DNA of 64,000 bases, taken from NCBI GenBank assembly GCA_028688325.1, contig JAQTYI010000001.1, positions 31,088 to 95,087 of the forward strand. Direction: 5' to 3'. The first letter of the stretch is position 1. Each line of letters begins with the position of its first letter. Source of the stretch: Candidatus Portnoybacteria bacterium (GTDB lineage Bacteria; Patescibacteriota; Minisyncoccia; Portnoybacterales; GWB1-42-6). The translations under genes and the position numbers were made by a program. This document shows positions 48,912 through 59,537 of the stretch, in pieces. The notes under the pieces were generated by a model, which searched no databases, was not told the DNA's origin, and saw nothing but the letters and a program-made list of their open reading frames with translations.

Positions 48912-49754
48912 CTACTCTTTTTTTGAAGCCAAATAAACATTCCTCAAAAGCAGTGCTACGGTCAATGGGCCAAGGCCTCCCGGCACCGGCGTTAAAAACG
49001 CCGCCTTGCCTTCTACGCTTTTTGCGTCTACATCTCCTGCCACCTTACCGTCGTGATACCGAGTGACACCGGCGTCTACTAAGATTGCGCCTTCTTTTAT
49101 CATCTCTCCTTTTATCATCTGCGGACAGCCGCAAACCGATATCAAAATATCCGCTTCTTTTATTTTTTTTTCCGCGCCAAAAACCACGCAGGTATTGCGC
49201 ACCATATAATCAATATCCGCCCCTTCGCGCTTTAAAATTATTTTCAAGGTCTCTCCGAATTTTTCGGAGTTCACCAGCGCCAACATCTTCTTACTGTCAA
49301 ATTTATTTTTCATCGCCGCCTGCAATACCGCCAGGATGGCCGAGGGCAAGACCGGTATCAGATTTTCTTTGCTCCTTTCCAGCAGTTTTTTATTTTCCTT
49401 GTGAAATCCATCAACATCCTTGGCCGGATCAATGGCATCAATAATTCTGTCGACATTCAAGACCGCCGGCAAGGGCAGTTGGACGATTATGCCGTTAACA
49501 TCCGTATCCTCGTTTAAATGTTTGATATAAGAGGTTATTTCATCTTCCTTGGCTTGAGCACCGAACCTGTGCTCAACCGCTTCGATGCCCACCTTGGCGG
49601 CGGCCGCCTTTTTCAGTTTTATATAAAGCTTGGAGGCCTCATCATCGCCGACCAAAACAATCGCCAGCTTTGGTGCTCTTTTTTCCTTGCTCACACTTTC
49701 TTTCAATTCCTTTAAAATTTTATTGGCCAGTGCTTTACCGTTGAAAAGTTTCAT
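48912..49754 (-). CDS. folD: Methylenetetrahydrofolate dehydrogenase/cyclohydrolase
   Basis: GIIVQLPLP, KDVDGFH, TPVPGGLGPLT. Confidence 0.94.
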   Translation of the reverse strand: MKLFNGKALANKILKELKESVSKEKRAPKLAIVLVGDDEASKLYIKLKKAAAAKVGIEAVEHRFGAQAKEDEITSYIKHLNEDTDVNGIIVQLPLPAVLNVDRIIDAIDPAKDVDGFHKENKKLLERSKENLIPVLPSAILAVLQAAMKNKFDSKKMLALVNSEKFGETLKIILKREGADIDYMVRNTCVVFGAEKKIKEADILISVCGCPQMIKGEMIKEGAILVDAGVTRYHDGKVAGDVDAKSVEGKAAFLTPVPGGLGPLTVALLLRNVYLASKKE

Positions 49755-49782
49755 TAAATTTATAAATAATGATTCGGATTCC

Positions 49783-49974
49783 CCACCCATAGCGAAAAAA
49801 TAATCAGAAAATCGAGGCGAGTTGAGCGTCTAAATTTGCGTGCTGTGGTGGGGCCCCGACCGTCAGGTCGGGGCGTTGCGGATAGCAAATTTAGCGAGAC
49901 GAGCCAGATTTTCTTTATTTTTTACGCTCGGGCGCAGGTCTTTTGGCTACTTTTCTGCCTGCCAGAAAAGTAGC
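49783..49974 (+). repeat. ~190-bp long-hairpin repeat, copy 4
   Basis: Same architecture as copy 1, with compensatory stem changes. Confidence 0.8.
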
Positions 49975-49985
49975 GAGGAAAAAAA

Positions 49986-51215
49986 CTAATATCTAAAATC
50001 CTTATATATAGGAAACTTCTTTACCAGTATTTCCACTTCCTTTTTTATCTCACTCCGCAATTTTTTATTCTCAAAATCCTTAAGCAACTGAGCGATCAGC
50101 CCCGCTAAAAATGCCGCGTCTTTTTCCTTAAATCCCCTGGTGGTAATGGCCGGCGAGCCCAAACGGATGCCGGAAGGATTGAACGGCGGGCGCGGATCGT
50201 TGGGAATAGAATTGCAATTTAAATATATGCCGAGTTTATCCATTTCATTTTGCACTTGGCGCATATCCAAATTAAAATCAGTCAGATCCAAAACCATTAG
50301 ATGATTATCGGTGCCGCCGCTGACAACTCTTATTCCTTGCTCTGCAAATTCCTGCGCCATAGCATGGGCGTTTAAAATGACTTGGTGCTGATATTTTTTA
50401 AATGCCGGCGCCATCGCTTCCAAAAAACAAATCGCCTTGGCCGCCACGATATTATCCAGTGGCCCGCCCTGCGTGCCAGGGAAAACGCCTTTATCAATAA
50501 GACGCGCCAGCTCTTTTTTGCACAGTATCAGCCCGCCGCGCGGGCCGCGCAAGGTTTTATGGGTCGTTGAAGTAACAACATCGCAATGCGGAAAGGGATG
50601 ACTATGCTCGCCCGCGATAACCAGACCCGCGATATGGGCGATATCCGCCATCAGATAAGCGCCGACTTTTTTGGCGATCTTTGAAAAACCCTCGAAATCC
50701 AGCTTGCGCGAATACGAGGTCGTACTGACGACTATGAGCTTGGGTTTCTGCTCCAATGCGATTTTTTCCACCTTCGCCAGATCGACAAGCTCGGTTTTTG
50801 CGTCAACTCCGTAATGCGCAAAATTATACATCTGTCCGGAAAAATTGACTGGCGAGCCGTGCGTCAAATGCCCGCCGTTGGCCAAACTGAAGCCCAAAAT
50901 TTTATCGCCGGGTTTGAGCAGCGCCAGGTAAACCGCGGCATTGGCTTGGGAACCGGAATGCGGCTGAACATTGGCGTGCTCGGCGCCAAATAACTTTTTG
51001 GCGCGCTCCACGGCCACGCTTTCTATCTCATCAATGAACTCATTGCCGCCGTAATATCTTTTGCGCGCATAACCCTCCGAGTATTTATTGGACAAGGGCG
51101 TTCCCATAGCGCGCAAGACCTCCTCGGAAGCGTAGTTTTCCGAAGGAATCAAAGTCAGCCCGTCCCGCTGGCGAACAATCTCTTTTTTGATTAACTTGTT
51201 TATTTTTTTATCCAT
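49986..51215 (-). CDS. glyA: Serine hydroxymethyltransferase
   Basis: LIPSENY, NKYSEGY, GGHLTHG, TTHKTLRGPRGG. Confidence 0.97.
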   Translation of the reverse strand: MDKKINKLIKKEIVRQRDGLTLIPSENYASEEVLRAMGTPLSNKYSEGYARKRYYGGNEFIDEIESVAVERAKKLFGAEHANVQPHSGSQANAAVYLALLKPGDKILGFSLANGGHLTHGSPVNFSGQMYNFAHYGVDAKTELVDLAKVEKIALEQKPKLIVVSTTSYSRKLDFEGFSKIAKKVGAYLMADIAHIAGLVIAGEHSHPFPHCDVVTSTTHKTLRGPRGGLILCKKELARLIDKGVFPGTQGGPLDNIVAAKAICFLEAMAPAFKKYQHQVILNAHAMAQEFAEQGIRVVSGGTDNHLMVLDLTDFNLDMRQVQNEMDKLGIYLNCNSIPNDPRPPFNPSGIRLGSPAITTRGFKEKDAAFLAGLIAQLLKDFENKKLRSEIKKEVEILVKKFPIYKDFRY

Positions 51216-51264
51216 AATCTTTCCGCGTTAATCCGTGTATTGTTAAATCCGCGTCAATCAGCGA

Positions 51265-51690
51265 TTATATTATTCCGCTGCTCCCAAATCTTTTTTCTCC
51301 CCTATTGGTCGCCGGCATTTCCTGAACTTCTTCAATTTCCGGCATCTCTATCTTTTGGATAAGCAACTGGGCAATTTTTTGCCCCTTTTTTATCTCAAAG
51401 TCCTCTTGGCTCAGGTTAACCAGGCCTATCAGATATTCGCCGGTATAGTTGCTGTCATAAACCCCGCCCAGCGTCTTTATGCCGAATTTATGCGACGGCC
51501 CGCCTTTATCCCAAATAAGACCGACAAAGCCATCCGGAATTTTAATGGCTATTCCGGTCGGACAGGAAATCCTTTGCCCGGGCTTTAAAACAACATCTTG
51601 CGATGAATAGATATCCATTCCCGCATCCCCCTCGCTCCCAAAGTTCGGCAACTTCGCCTCGGCTGATAATTTTTTAACCTGAATTTTCAT
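51265..51690 (-). CDS. dut: dUTP diphosphatase
   Basis: AGMDI, GVYDSNYTGE, KIAQL, RGEKRFGSSG. Confidence 0.93.
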   Translation of the reverse strand: MKIQVKKLSAEAKLPNFGSEGDAGMDIYSSQDVVLKPGQRISCPTGIAIKIPDGFVGLIWDKGGPSHKFGIKTLGGVYDSNYTGEYLIGLVNLSQEDFEIKKGQKIAQLLIQKIEMPEIEEVQEMPATNRGEKRFGSSGII

Positions 51691-51839
51691 CTTAAAATTT
51701 GAAACGGCGCAAATAAAAAAGGGGTTCTTGATATTTAATTTATACCAGAAAACCCCCGTTTAATCAATGACGCTATTTTTATTGTTCGAGCTTGTCGAGA
51801 ACTATTTTAACTTCTCGACTCCGCTCTAAGAATAATTGA

Positions 51840-53261
51840 CTATACCTTCCTTTCAGAAAAATAATCCCCCGACTTGCGCAAATCGATGTCGCGGCCGCAA
51901 TAACGCGCCCCCTCGGCGCATTTGCCTGTCTTAAAGCACGGCGGCTCAAGCACACTCAAAAGGGATGCTTTATTGCCGCGAATCGATTCTATGCCTTGAC
52001 GCAGACCACGACCGAGATGATATATCTCCTCCTGGGCGCACCAGCAAAGACGCTTGCCCTGCTCGTGAAAAATGGCATTGAGCGAGCCCTTCTTGTCGTA
52101 GGACACCATCGCCCCATAAGGCGCGATAGCCGCGGATAGGGTTGGCGGCAAGGATTTGGCCAAATCCAGCCATGCATACAGATATTCCTTGGCAATTCCG
52201 GCCATATTCGGCAGCATCGCGATAACCGGCGGCAGATAAAAATTGCCCGTCAAAACCGGCTTGCCGCGGCGAATGGTGCGATGGCGCTGGTCCTGGCCCA
52301 TGCAGGCCAAAGAAATTTCCACCGAGGTTTTCACATCATGGATATTGTTATCCATATATTCGGGCAGAAAATGAAGCAAGTCCACCGGATACATATCTTC
52401 CGGCTCGGGAAGGACAATCTGGCCATCAATATCGCCCAGATTTGCCAAAATTAATCCCGGTTTGAATTTTACCCGGCTGTCAATCCGCAAAATATTTGGC
52501 GACCAAGTCCGGCCCCGGCGGGAAAACATATAAGCGACTTCCGGGTGGCGCGCCAAAACCAGATCCGCCATTTTTTGCGTCAGATGCATTAAGCCCGGAG
52601 TCCAGGCCGCTTTATAAAGAGACACCAAACCGATCAGGTCAAAAGTATGATCAAACCCGGTCGGAAAAATCGCTGAGATGAACGAGCGCAGCTGTTCCTG
52701 TGCGATTTTGGGAGCATTGGCCTCTATATACTTTGCCGGGGCATTGGGCCGCTCCTTGGCGATGGTTTGGGCGGTTAGCTTCGTCGCCGCTTCGATATGG
52801 CGATGGTAAATTTCTACGCCATTTTTTGCGAAATCCATTACCCGCTTCAACGACTCCGCCGGCAAGTCCGGCCAGAGTATCCGGATGTATTCTTCGATGG
52901 AAGGAAAATCTGGATTCAAAAACATTTTGGCGCAAAAACGGCCGCTGCGCTGGTCGGAATTGTAGAAAGGATGATCCAGGTGCGCGCCGAGCGTGATATC
53001 GCTTACCGCGATGCCTTCGATGTCAAAGGTGAAATAATGATGCTCCAGGGTCGTGTGATGGCTGGTTTCAAAAAGACGGCCTTTCACATTGATCTGGCTG
53101 CCCAATTTTGGCGACTCGGCCTGATAACATTTTTGCGCCGCGTGGCTGGCCAAGAGCAAAAGACCGTCCCTCTTTTTAAACAACGCCGAAATCACACGAT
53201 AAATTCTGTCCTGCCATCTTTCCACTAATATTGTTTCTGCTCTTAATTTTACTTCTATCAT
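51840..53261 (-). CDS. thyX: FAD-dependent thymidylate synthase, long two-domain form
   Basis: HHTTLEH, QRSGRF, QDQRHR, RLCWCAQEEI; lies between tmk and dut. Confidence 0.8.
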   Translation of the reverse strand: MIEVKLRAETILVERWQDRIYRVISALFKKRDGLLLLASHAAQKCYQAESPKLGSQINVKGRLFETSHHTTLEHHYFTFDIEGIAVSDITLGAHLDHPFYNSDQRSGRFCAKMFLNPDFPSIEEYIRILWPDLPAESLKRVMDFAKNGVEIYHRHIEAATKLTAQTIAKERPNAPAKYIEANAPKIAQEQLRSFISAIFPTGFDHTFDLIGLVSLYKAAWTPGLMHLTQKMADLVLARHPEVAYMFSRRGRTWSPNILRIDSRVKFKPGLILANLGDIDGQIVLPEPEDMYPVDLLHFLPEYMDNNIHDVKTSVEISLACMGQDQRHRTIRRGKPVLTGNFYLPPVIAMLPNMAGIAKEYLYAWLDLAKSLPPTLSAAIAPYGAMVSYDKKGSLNAIFHEQGKRLCWCAQEEIYHLGRGLRQGIESIRGNKASLLSVLEPPCFKTGKCAEGARYCGRDIDLRKSGDYFSERKV

Positions 53262-53285
53262 CTTTTCCTCCTTTTTATGATTATC

Positions 53286-53891
53286 CTATAAAACCGCTAA
53301 GATTTCTTGATGCACCGCTTCCGCGCTTTTTTCTCCGTCAACCACGGCAAACGCTTTGCTGAAACGCTTTGACCGAGCCAACATTTCGTAATTGGCCGCC
53401 ACCTTCCGCATCTTTTCCAACTTCTCAAAGATACGAATATTTGTTCCTCTGCCGTTTATCCGGCGCAAGCATTCTTCGGGATCAACACGCAAAAGAACGA
53501 CCTTATCCGGGCAGAGGAAATCATCGTTAAGCGACAACAGCTTGCGCAATGGCACATCGATGCTGCCAAACGCCACGGAAGAAAAGGCATATCGGTCGCT
53601 CACGACTATTTTGCCTTCCCGCAACATCGGAATAACTTCTTCTTCTAAGTGCTCGGAGCGGTCTTGCGCGAATAATTCCTGTAATTTTAAAGGAGCTGCT
53701 TGTTCCCTGCCTTCCAGAATATCCTTTATTTTCTTTCCCGCTCCCGTGCGCTGAGTCGGCTCTTTAGTTAAAAAAACAGGCAAGCCGCGCTCGGCAAAAT
53801 GCTTTTTCAAGCGCCTGGCCTGTTCGCTTTTGCCCGAGCCGTTCAAGCCCTCAAGAACGATAAATCTTCCTCCGTAAAGATTTTGTTTCAT
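53286..53891 (-). CDS. tmk: Thymidylate kinase
   Basis: FIVLEGLNGSGKS, TKEP, SDRYAFSS. Confidence 0.93.
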   Translation of the reverse strand: MKQNLYGGRFIVLEGLNGSGKSEQARRLKKHFAERGLPVFLTKEPTQRTGAGKKIKDILEGREQAAPLKLQELFAQDRSEHLEEEVIPMLREGKIVVSDRYAFSSVAFGSIDVPLRKLLSLNDDFLCPDKVVLLRVDPEECLRRINGRGTNIRIFEKLEKMRKVAANYEMLARSKRFSKAFAVVDGEKSAEAVHQEILAVL

Positions 53892-53971
53892 AATTCCTCC
53901 TGCGTTATGAGATACACCTAATTTACTTCAATGGAACAAAAAAAGCAAGAATGATTTTTTCGCTTTTTTTA

Positions 53972-54490
53972 TCATTGCTTGTCATAATTTTCCAAAGAAT
54001 CGTCGATTATATCAAGCTTGACTTTCGCCTTCTTGAAAAGCTCCCGGCTTTGTGCGTCGGCGTGGTATCTTTTCTGCGCCACTACCCTTTTGATGCCGAC
54101 CCTGGCAATGCGCCTGGCGCAATTGATGCAGGGGGTCATTTTGCAATAAAGCGTGGCCCCGCGCAGAGCGATGCCGTCCATGGCCGCCTGTAAAATGGCG
54201 TTCTCTTCAGCGTGCAGAGTGCGCACGCAATGTTGGGACTGATTGCCTTTATTGTCAATAAGAGTAACCATCAAATGCCCCGCCTCGTCGCAATGCTTGT
54301 CTCCTGGAGCCGAACCGACATAACCGGTGGTTAATATGGTATTTTTATCGCTCACTATTATCGCACTGCTTCTCCCGCGATCGCAGGTGGCGCGCCTGCT
54401 CAACGGCTCTATTAATCCCAAAAAATACTCGTCCCAATTCGGCCGGCTGTATTTTATAATCTTTGATTCGAGTTTTGCTTTTTTTGCCAT
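53972..54490 (-). CDS. dCMP deaminase (ComEB-like)
   Basis: WDEYF, HAEENA, PCINC. Confidence 0.92.
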   Translation of the reverse strand: MAKKAKLESKIIKYSRPNWDEYFLGLIEPLSRRATCDRGRSSAIIVSDKNTILTTGYVGSAPGDKHCDEAGHLMVTLIDNKGNQSQHCVRTLHAEENAILQAAMDGIALRGATLYCKMTPCINCARRIARVGIKRVVAQKRYHADAQSRELFKKAKVKLDIIDDSLENYDKQ

Positions 54491-54605
54491 AAAGATAGTG
54501 ATTGGCTGCTTAAAAAAGACAAATTATTGTCATGCCGAACTTGTTTCGGCATCTCAGCCATGGATCCTGAAACAAATTCAGGATGATAAAAATATAAAAA
54601 ATGCT

Positions 54606-55151
54606 CTAATTCTTTAAAATCTCGTCCACTTGTTTATACAATTCCTCATAACTCCCATTATTGTCTATTAAAAAATCAGCGCGGTTTTTCAGATCCTTTA
54701 TTTGCAGCTCCGACTCATCTTCATTCGCCTTCTTGAAATCATCGAAGGTTTTCTTGGCATCATCCGCATTTTCTCCTCTCTTCACGATACGCTCATAACG
54801 GATATTCATATCGGCCTCCAAATAAGTCAGCTTGAATTTCGGATTGGCTTTTAAAAATTTTATATCGGCCAAACGGCGGATACCGTCGATGACTATAACT
54901 TCGCCGGCCTCTTTTTTTACGTCTTCCGCCATGACCTGCGCGAATAGATCTTCGCCGAAGCTCTGGCGCAAGACAGTAGACAATTTTTGCATGTTGTCGC
55001 GCGATTGTTCCAGCGACAACCTGTCCAGCACATCGCGCAGCATTGTTGAAAAACGCCGGGTTTTGGCGCTATATTTTTCCGTCGCGTATTTGGCGACAGT
55101 CCCCTTACCCGAAGCCATTTCTCCCGCCAGCCCCAAAATTATTTTCATCAT
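54606..55151 (-). CDS. P-loop nucleoside monophosphate kinase-like protein
   Basis: GLAGEMASGKGT, VIDGIR, ADFLIDNNG. Confidence 0.85.
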   Translation of the reverse strand: MMKIILGLAGEMASGKGTVAKYATEKYSAKTRRFSTMLRDVLDRLSLEQSRDNMQKLSTVLRQSFGEDLFAQVMAEDVKKEAGEVIVIDGIRRLADIKFLKANPKFKLTYLEADMNIRYERIVKRGENADDAKKTFDDFKKANEDESELQIKDLKNRADFLIDNNGSYEELYKQVDEILKN

Positions 55152-55264
55152 TTCGATAGAGTTTATCTTCGTCAGTATACTAAATTTACACCGCCCAAAA
55201 ACAAAAAGCAAGCTCCGCTGGAAGCTTGCTTTTATGCCCAACTATTGATGTCTGACATCAATAG

Positions 55265-55687
55265 TTACTCTACCTTAATGCCCATACTGCGCGCCGTTCC
55301 TTCCACTATTTTCATAGCGGCTTCGATGTCGTTTGCGTTCAGGTCGGCCATCTTTTTCTCGGCTATTGTCTTGATCTGATCTTTTGAAACTTTGCCGACT
55401 TTTTCCTTTAAAGGATTGGCTGCGCCTTTTTCAATGCCGGCCGCCTTGCGCAGCAAATCCGCCGCGGGCGGGGTCTTGAATTTCAGCTCGTATGTCCGGT
55501 CCTCGTAGATTATGACTTCCACCGGAATGACATCGCCGATGTTCTTTTTCGTGCCCTCGTTGAAACGGCTGCAAAATTCCATCAGGTTAAGCCCGTGGGG
55601 GCCCAGCGCTTGGCCCACCTTTTGGCCGGGAGTCGCCTGTCCCGCGGGCAACTGCATTTTCAATAATGTTTTTACTTTTTTTGCCAT
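55265..55687 (-). CDS. rplK: 50S ribosomal protein L11
   Basis: [21 protein letters not shown]. Confidence 0.97.
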   Translation of the reverse strand: MAKKVKTLLKMQLPAGQATPGQKVGQALGPHGLNLMEFCSRFNEGTKKNIGDVIPVEVIIYEDRTYELKFKTPPAADLLRKAAGIEKGAANPLKEKVGKVSKDQIKTIAEKKMADLNANDIEAAMKIVEGTARSMGIKVE

Positions 55688-55734
55688 AAATTTATTTAAT
55701 ACGCGGCCAGAAGCGTGCGGCGTATTTTTACTGT

Positions 55735-56277
55735 TTATATCTTTTTAATCTGTAAAAAGTCCAGCTCCACCGGCGTTTCGCGCCCGAACATGGAAATCAG
55801 CACTTTCAGGCGGCCGCGCTCTTCATCAACCTCCGCCACCTTGCCGTCAGTGTCCTTGAACGGCCCGTCCACGATCTTAACCGAATCGCCCAAAACGATA
55901 TCCATTTTATATTTGGGCTCTTCAACGCCCATCCGTTTTTGCAATTCTTTTATCTCTTCGGGCGAAATGGGAGTGGGAGTTGTGCCTGAGCCCACAAAAC
56001 CCGTAACTCTCGGGGTATTGCGCACAACATACCAGGAGTCGTCCGTTACAATCATTTCCACCAGGACATATCCGGGATAGATCTTTTCTTCCACCACTTT
56101 CCTTTTACCCGCTTTAATTTTGATCTTTTTCTCAATCGGAACCAGAACACTGAAGATCTTATCTTCCATGCCCATTGAGTCAATGCGCTGGCGCAGATTG
56201 CGCGCCACCGCTTCTTCGTATCCGGAATAAGTATGCAGAACATACCAATTCCGCCCCCTTGAGACCTGTTTTGCCAT
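55735..56277 (-). CDS. nusG: Transcription factor NusG
   Basis: [26 protein letters not shown]. Confidence 0.98.
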   Translation of the reverse strand: MAKQVSRGRNWYVLHTYSGYEEAVARNLRQRIDSMGMEDKIFSVLVPIEKKIKIKAGKRKVVEEKIYPGYVLVEMIVTDDSWYVVRNTPRVTGFVGSGTTPTPISPEEIKELQKRMGVEEPKYKMDIVLGDSVKIVDGPFKDTDGKVAEVDEERGRLKVLISMFGRETPVELDFLQIKKI

Positions 56278-56291
56278 AATAAAAATTTTTG

Positions 56292-56477
56292 CTAAATAAT
56301 GAACTTATTCATCAACAGTTGAAAGACGAAATCCGCCAAGCCCAAAAACAAAGCCGCGCCCAGTGAAATTCCAACCACCGTCAAAGTATAGTTGTAGGTT
56401 TCCTGGCGCGTGGGCCAGGTGACTTTTTTAAGCTCAGCTTTCACCTCGCTGAAGAATGTGATGATGCGATTGAACAT
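56292..56477 (-). CDS. secE: Preprotein translocase SecE
   Basis: ELKKVTWPTR plus TM segment; upstream of nusG. Confidence 0.95.
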   Translation of the reverse strand: MFNRIITFFSEVKAELKKVTWPTRQETYNYTLTVVGISLGAALFLGLADFVFQLLMNKFII

Positions 56478-56712
56478 ATTCGTATTTTTTTGTTTTTTAA
56501 AACCCCCTCGCGGGGGTTAAAGTATCTATGCTGTAGAATACTCTCCGCCGCTTTATCTGTCAATAGTTTATAAACAACAACATAATATGTCATTCCCGCC
56601 CCACATCAAGTGGGGGTAAACTCCAGCGGGAATCCAGGGCCTGGATCCCGGGTCCCGCCTTCGCAATGCTTCGGCGAGGCAAGCAAGCCCGGGATGACAA
56701 AATTATATATAT

Positions 56713-58872
56713 TTATATATCCAAATTCACAACATTCTTAGCATGCGTTTGAATAAATCTCTTCCTAGGCGCGACTTCATCGCCCATCAGAATATCGAAA
56801 ACTTTATCCGCTTCTTTGGCATCGGCGATGTTCACCTGTTTTAACATGCGCCTGGCCGGATCCATAGTGGTTTCCCAAAGCTGCCCCGGATTCATTTCTC
56901 CAAGACCTTTATAGCGCTGGACGCTGACGCCGCTGATTTTTTCTTCATCTTCCATAACCTCGCTCTCGCTTTCTTCCGCTTCTTCTTTGGCCACCTTGCC
57001 GCCTTTGGCCGCAGCTTTAGCCGCCGCTTTATCCGCTTTCAACTTTTTGAATTCCCCTATCAATTTATCCCTTTCGGCTTCATCATACGCATATCTAACA
57101 TCTTTGCCTTTAGCCACGCGAAAAAGTGGCGGCTGGGCGATATAAATATTTCCCGCGTCTATCAAGGGCTGAAAATATCGGAAAAACAAAGTCAAAAGCA
57201 AGGTGCGGATATGCGCGCCGTCCACATCGGCATCGGTCATAATGACGATGCGGTGATAACGCAATTTTGATATGTCGAAAGAATCGGCAATAGCCGTGCC
57301 AAGGGCGATTATCAACGCCTTAACTTCTTTGGAGGTTAAGGCCTTATCCAGCCGCGCTTTTTCCACATTCAAAATTTTTCCGCGCAACGGCAGTATCGCC
57401 TGGAATTTCCGGTCGCGGCCTTGCTTGGCCGAGCCGCCGGCCGAATCCCCCTCAACTATGAAGAGTTCCGATTCTTCCGGCTTGCGCGAAGAGCAATCGG
57501 CCAATTTTCCCGGCAAGGCCAAGCCCTCCAGAATGCCTTTTCGCAAAACGGTATCCTTGGCCGCTTTGGCCGCCTGGCGAGCCTTGGATGCCAAAATACA
57601 GGTGCCTAAAATTTCCTTGGCGTCATTGGGATTTTTTTCCAGATATTCTTCCAGGCCGTAGGCCACAACGGTATCTACCGCCGTGCGCGCTTCTGGATTG
57701 CCCAGCTTCGCTTTGGTTTGGCCTTCAAATTGCGGCTCGCGCAATTTCACGGAAATCACGGCCGTTATTCCCTCGCGCACATCATCGCCCGTCAGATTCT
57801 CGTCGGAACTTTTCAGGAAATTATTCTTGCGGGCATAATCATTGAGCCCGCGCGTCAAAGCGGTGCGAAAACCCGTTAAGTGCATGCCGCCTTCAATGGT
57901 ATAAATATTATTGGCAAAGCTCATTTCGTAGCCCTGCAGATCATCGGTGTATTGAAACGCAACTTCCACTTGAAGACCCTCTTCTTCGCGATTAACATAA
58001 AAAATGTTGGTGTGGCGGACTTCGTTGTCATTGTTCAAAAATTTTACATAAGAGACGATTCCGCCTTCAATGAAAAAGCCGTATGAGCGCTCGCCCTTGT
58101 CTGGGCCGCGCTCTTCCATGATGATTTTTTTCTTGCCAGCCACCTGGCAGACGCCGAAAAATTCCTCGGCTTTTTTATTAACCTGGCGTAAGTCGCGGAT
58201 AATTATCTTGGTGCCCTTCACAAGGTATGCCTGCTGGCGTAAATGCCCGATAATGGTGTCCCGGTTGAATCTGATATCTTTGAAAATTTCCGGATCCGGT
58301 TCAAAATAAATGGTGGTGCCCTGCGCGTCGCACTTGCCGACTTTTTTCACACTGTGCTTGGGCTTGCCTTTGGAATATTCCTGAACATACAAAGAGCCGT
58401 CGCGGCAGACCTCCGCGCGCAGCCAAATGGACAAAGCGTTGACCACAGAAACGCCCACTCCGTGCAAACCGCCGGAAATTTTATATGACTCTCCTCCGAA
58501 TTTTCCGCCCGCGTGCAAGGTGCAAAGCACGGTTTCCAAGGCCGATTTTTTCGTTTGCTTGTGAATGTCCACCGGAATGCCGCGACCGTTGTCTTTCACG
58601 CGAACGCGATTTTGCGGCAAAAAAGACACTTCGATTTCCGAAGCGAAGCCGGCCATGGCCTCATCGAGAGAGTTATCCACCACTTCCCAAACCAGATGAT
58701 GCACGCCGTCTATGCCCGTTGAGCCGATATACATTCCCGGGCGTTTGCGCACCGGGTCCAAGCCCTCCAAAACATAAATATCCTTGGCTTCATAAGAAGC
58801 GTTGGCAACATTGCCATCGCCGCCATCGCCGCCGTTGCCGTTCTTGCCGTTTTGGCCGTTATTTTTTGCCAT
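56713..58872 (-). CDS. gyrB: DNA gyrase subunit B
   Basis: VRKRPGMYIG, EVVDNSLDE, EGDSAGGS, PLRGKILN, QRYKGLGEM. Confidence 0.96.
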   Translation of the reverse strand: MAKNNGQNGKNGNGGDGGDGNVANASYEAKDIYVLEGLDPVRKRPGMYIGSTGIDGVHHLVWEVVDNSLDEAMAGFASEIEVSFLPQNRVRVKDNGRGIPVDIHKQTKKSALETVLCTLHAGGKFGGESYKISGGLHGVGVSVVNALSIWLRAEVCRDGSLYVQEYSKGKPKHSVKKVGKCDAQGTTIYFEPDPEIFKDIRFNRDTIIGHLRQQAYLVKGTKIIIRDLRQVNKKAEEFFGVCQVAGKKKIIMEERGPDKGERSYGFFIEGGIVSYVKFLNNDNEVRHTNIFYVNREEEGLQVEVAFQYTDDLQGYEMSFANNIYTIEGGMHLTGFRTALTRGLNDYARKNNFLKSSDENLTGDDVREGITAVISVKLREPQFEGQTKAKLGNPEARTAVDTVVAYGLEEYLEKNPNDAKEILGTCILASKARQAAKAAKDTVLRKGILEGLALPGKLADCSSRKPEESELFIVEGDSAGGSAKQGRDRKFQAILPLRGKILNVEKARLDKALTSKEVKALIIALGTAIADSFDISKLRYHRIVIMTDADVDGAHIRTLLLTLFFRYFQPLIDAGNIYIAQPPLFRVAKGKDVRYAYDEAERDKLIGEFKKLKADKAAAKAAAKGGKVAKEEAEESESEVMEDEEKISGVSVQRYKGLGEMNPGQLWETTMDPARRMLKQVNIADAKEADKVFDILMGDEVAPRKRFIQTHAKNVVNLDI

Positions 58873-58888
58873 AATAATTTTACTTGTT

Positions 58889-59266
58889 TTATTGTTCTTT
58901 CTCTTGGTATAAAAACGCCATTTCAATGGCAGCGGTTAAGATCAAAAAGATCAGCGCCGTCCACCAATAAAAAACCCGGTAAACATTCATTATTAAAAAT
59001 CCGACCAGCAACAAAGCGAGCAGGGTCCCTTCGCGGAACGAAACCGTCAGCAAGCTGTCGGACAACCTTCCCGCGCGCCGGCCGCGCCAGTAAAAACCGG
59101 CCAGACCGAACCCCCCGCACAGCGCCAGAAATAAGCTGGAAAACAGCAAAATTAAAATACCGGCGCCTCCGCCGTCGGGCGAAACAAACCATAAAATTGC
59201 CGTAAAAGAAATTAGAGCCAAAAAACTGGCCAGACCAATGCCCCAGAGATACGATTTTAAGGTCAT
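58889..59266 (-). CDS. Hypothetical membrane protein (4 TM)
   Basis: 125-aa hydrophobic ORF. Confidence 0.7.
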   Translation of the reverse strand: MTLKSYLWGIGLASFLALISFTAILWFVSPDGGGAGILILLFSSLFLALCGGFGLAGFYWRGRRAGRLSDSLLTVSFREGTLLALLLVGFLIMNVYRVFYWWTALIFLILTAAIEMAFLYQEKEQ

Positions 59267-59436
59267 TTTCCGCGTTTATTTTATACTTTAATTTTAGTAT
59301 ATTTTCAATCAAAAAACAAGCACCGAATGTGGATAAAACACGCAGCAAACACACAGGGTAAAATAACCTAAAAAACCGCCCAAACAGGCGGTTTTCTGCG
59401 GCGGGGCTTACACCCCTTCGCTCACTTTGTTCGCTG

Positions 59437-59512
59437 CGGGCCGTACGGGATTCGAACCCGTGGTCTTCTCCGTGACAGGGAGACGCGTTAAGCCTGGCTA
59501 CGCTAACGGCCC
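59437..59512 (-). tRNA. tRNA-Asp(GTC)
   Basis: GGGCCGT acceptor, anticodon loop CTGTCAC, GGTTCGAATCC; CCA not encoded. Confidence 0.95.
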
Positions 59513-59537
59513 ATAAACATTTTCACGATAAAACTCG

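Noticed and set aside
58810-58865. GCC/GCCGTT short repeats at the gyrB 5' end
   Set aside because: They encode a low-complexity Asn/Gly N-terminal tail; codon-level repetition only.
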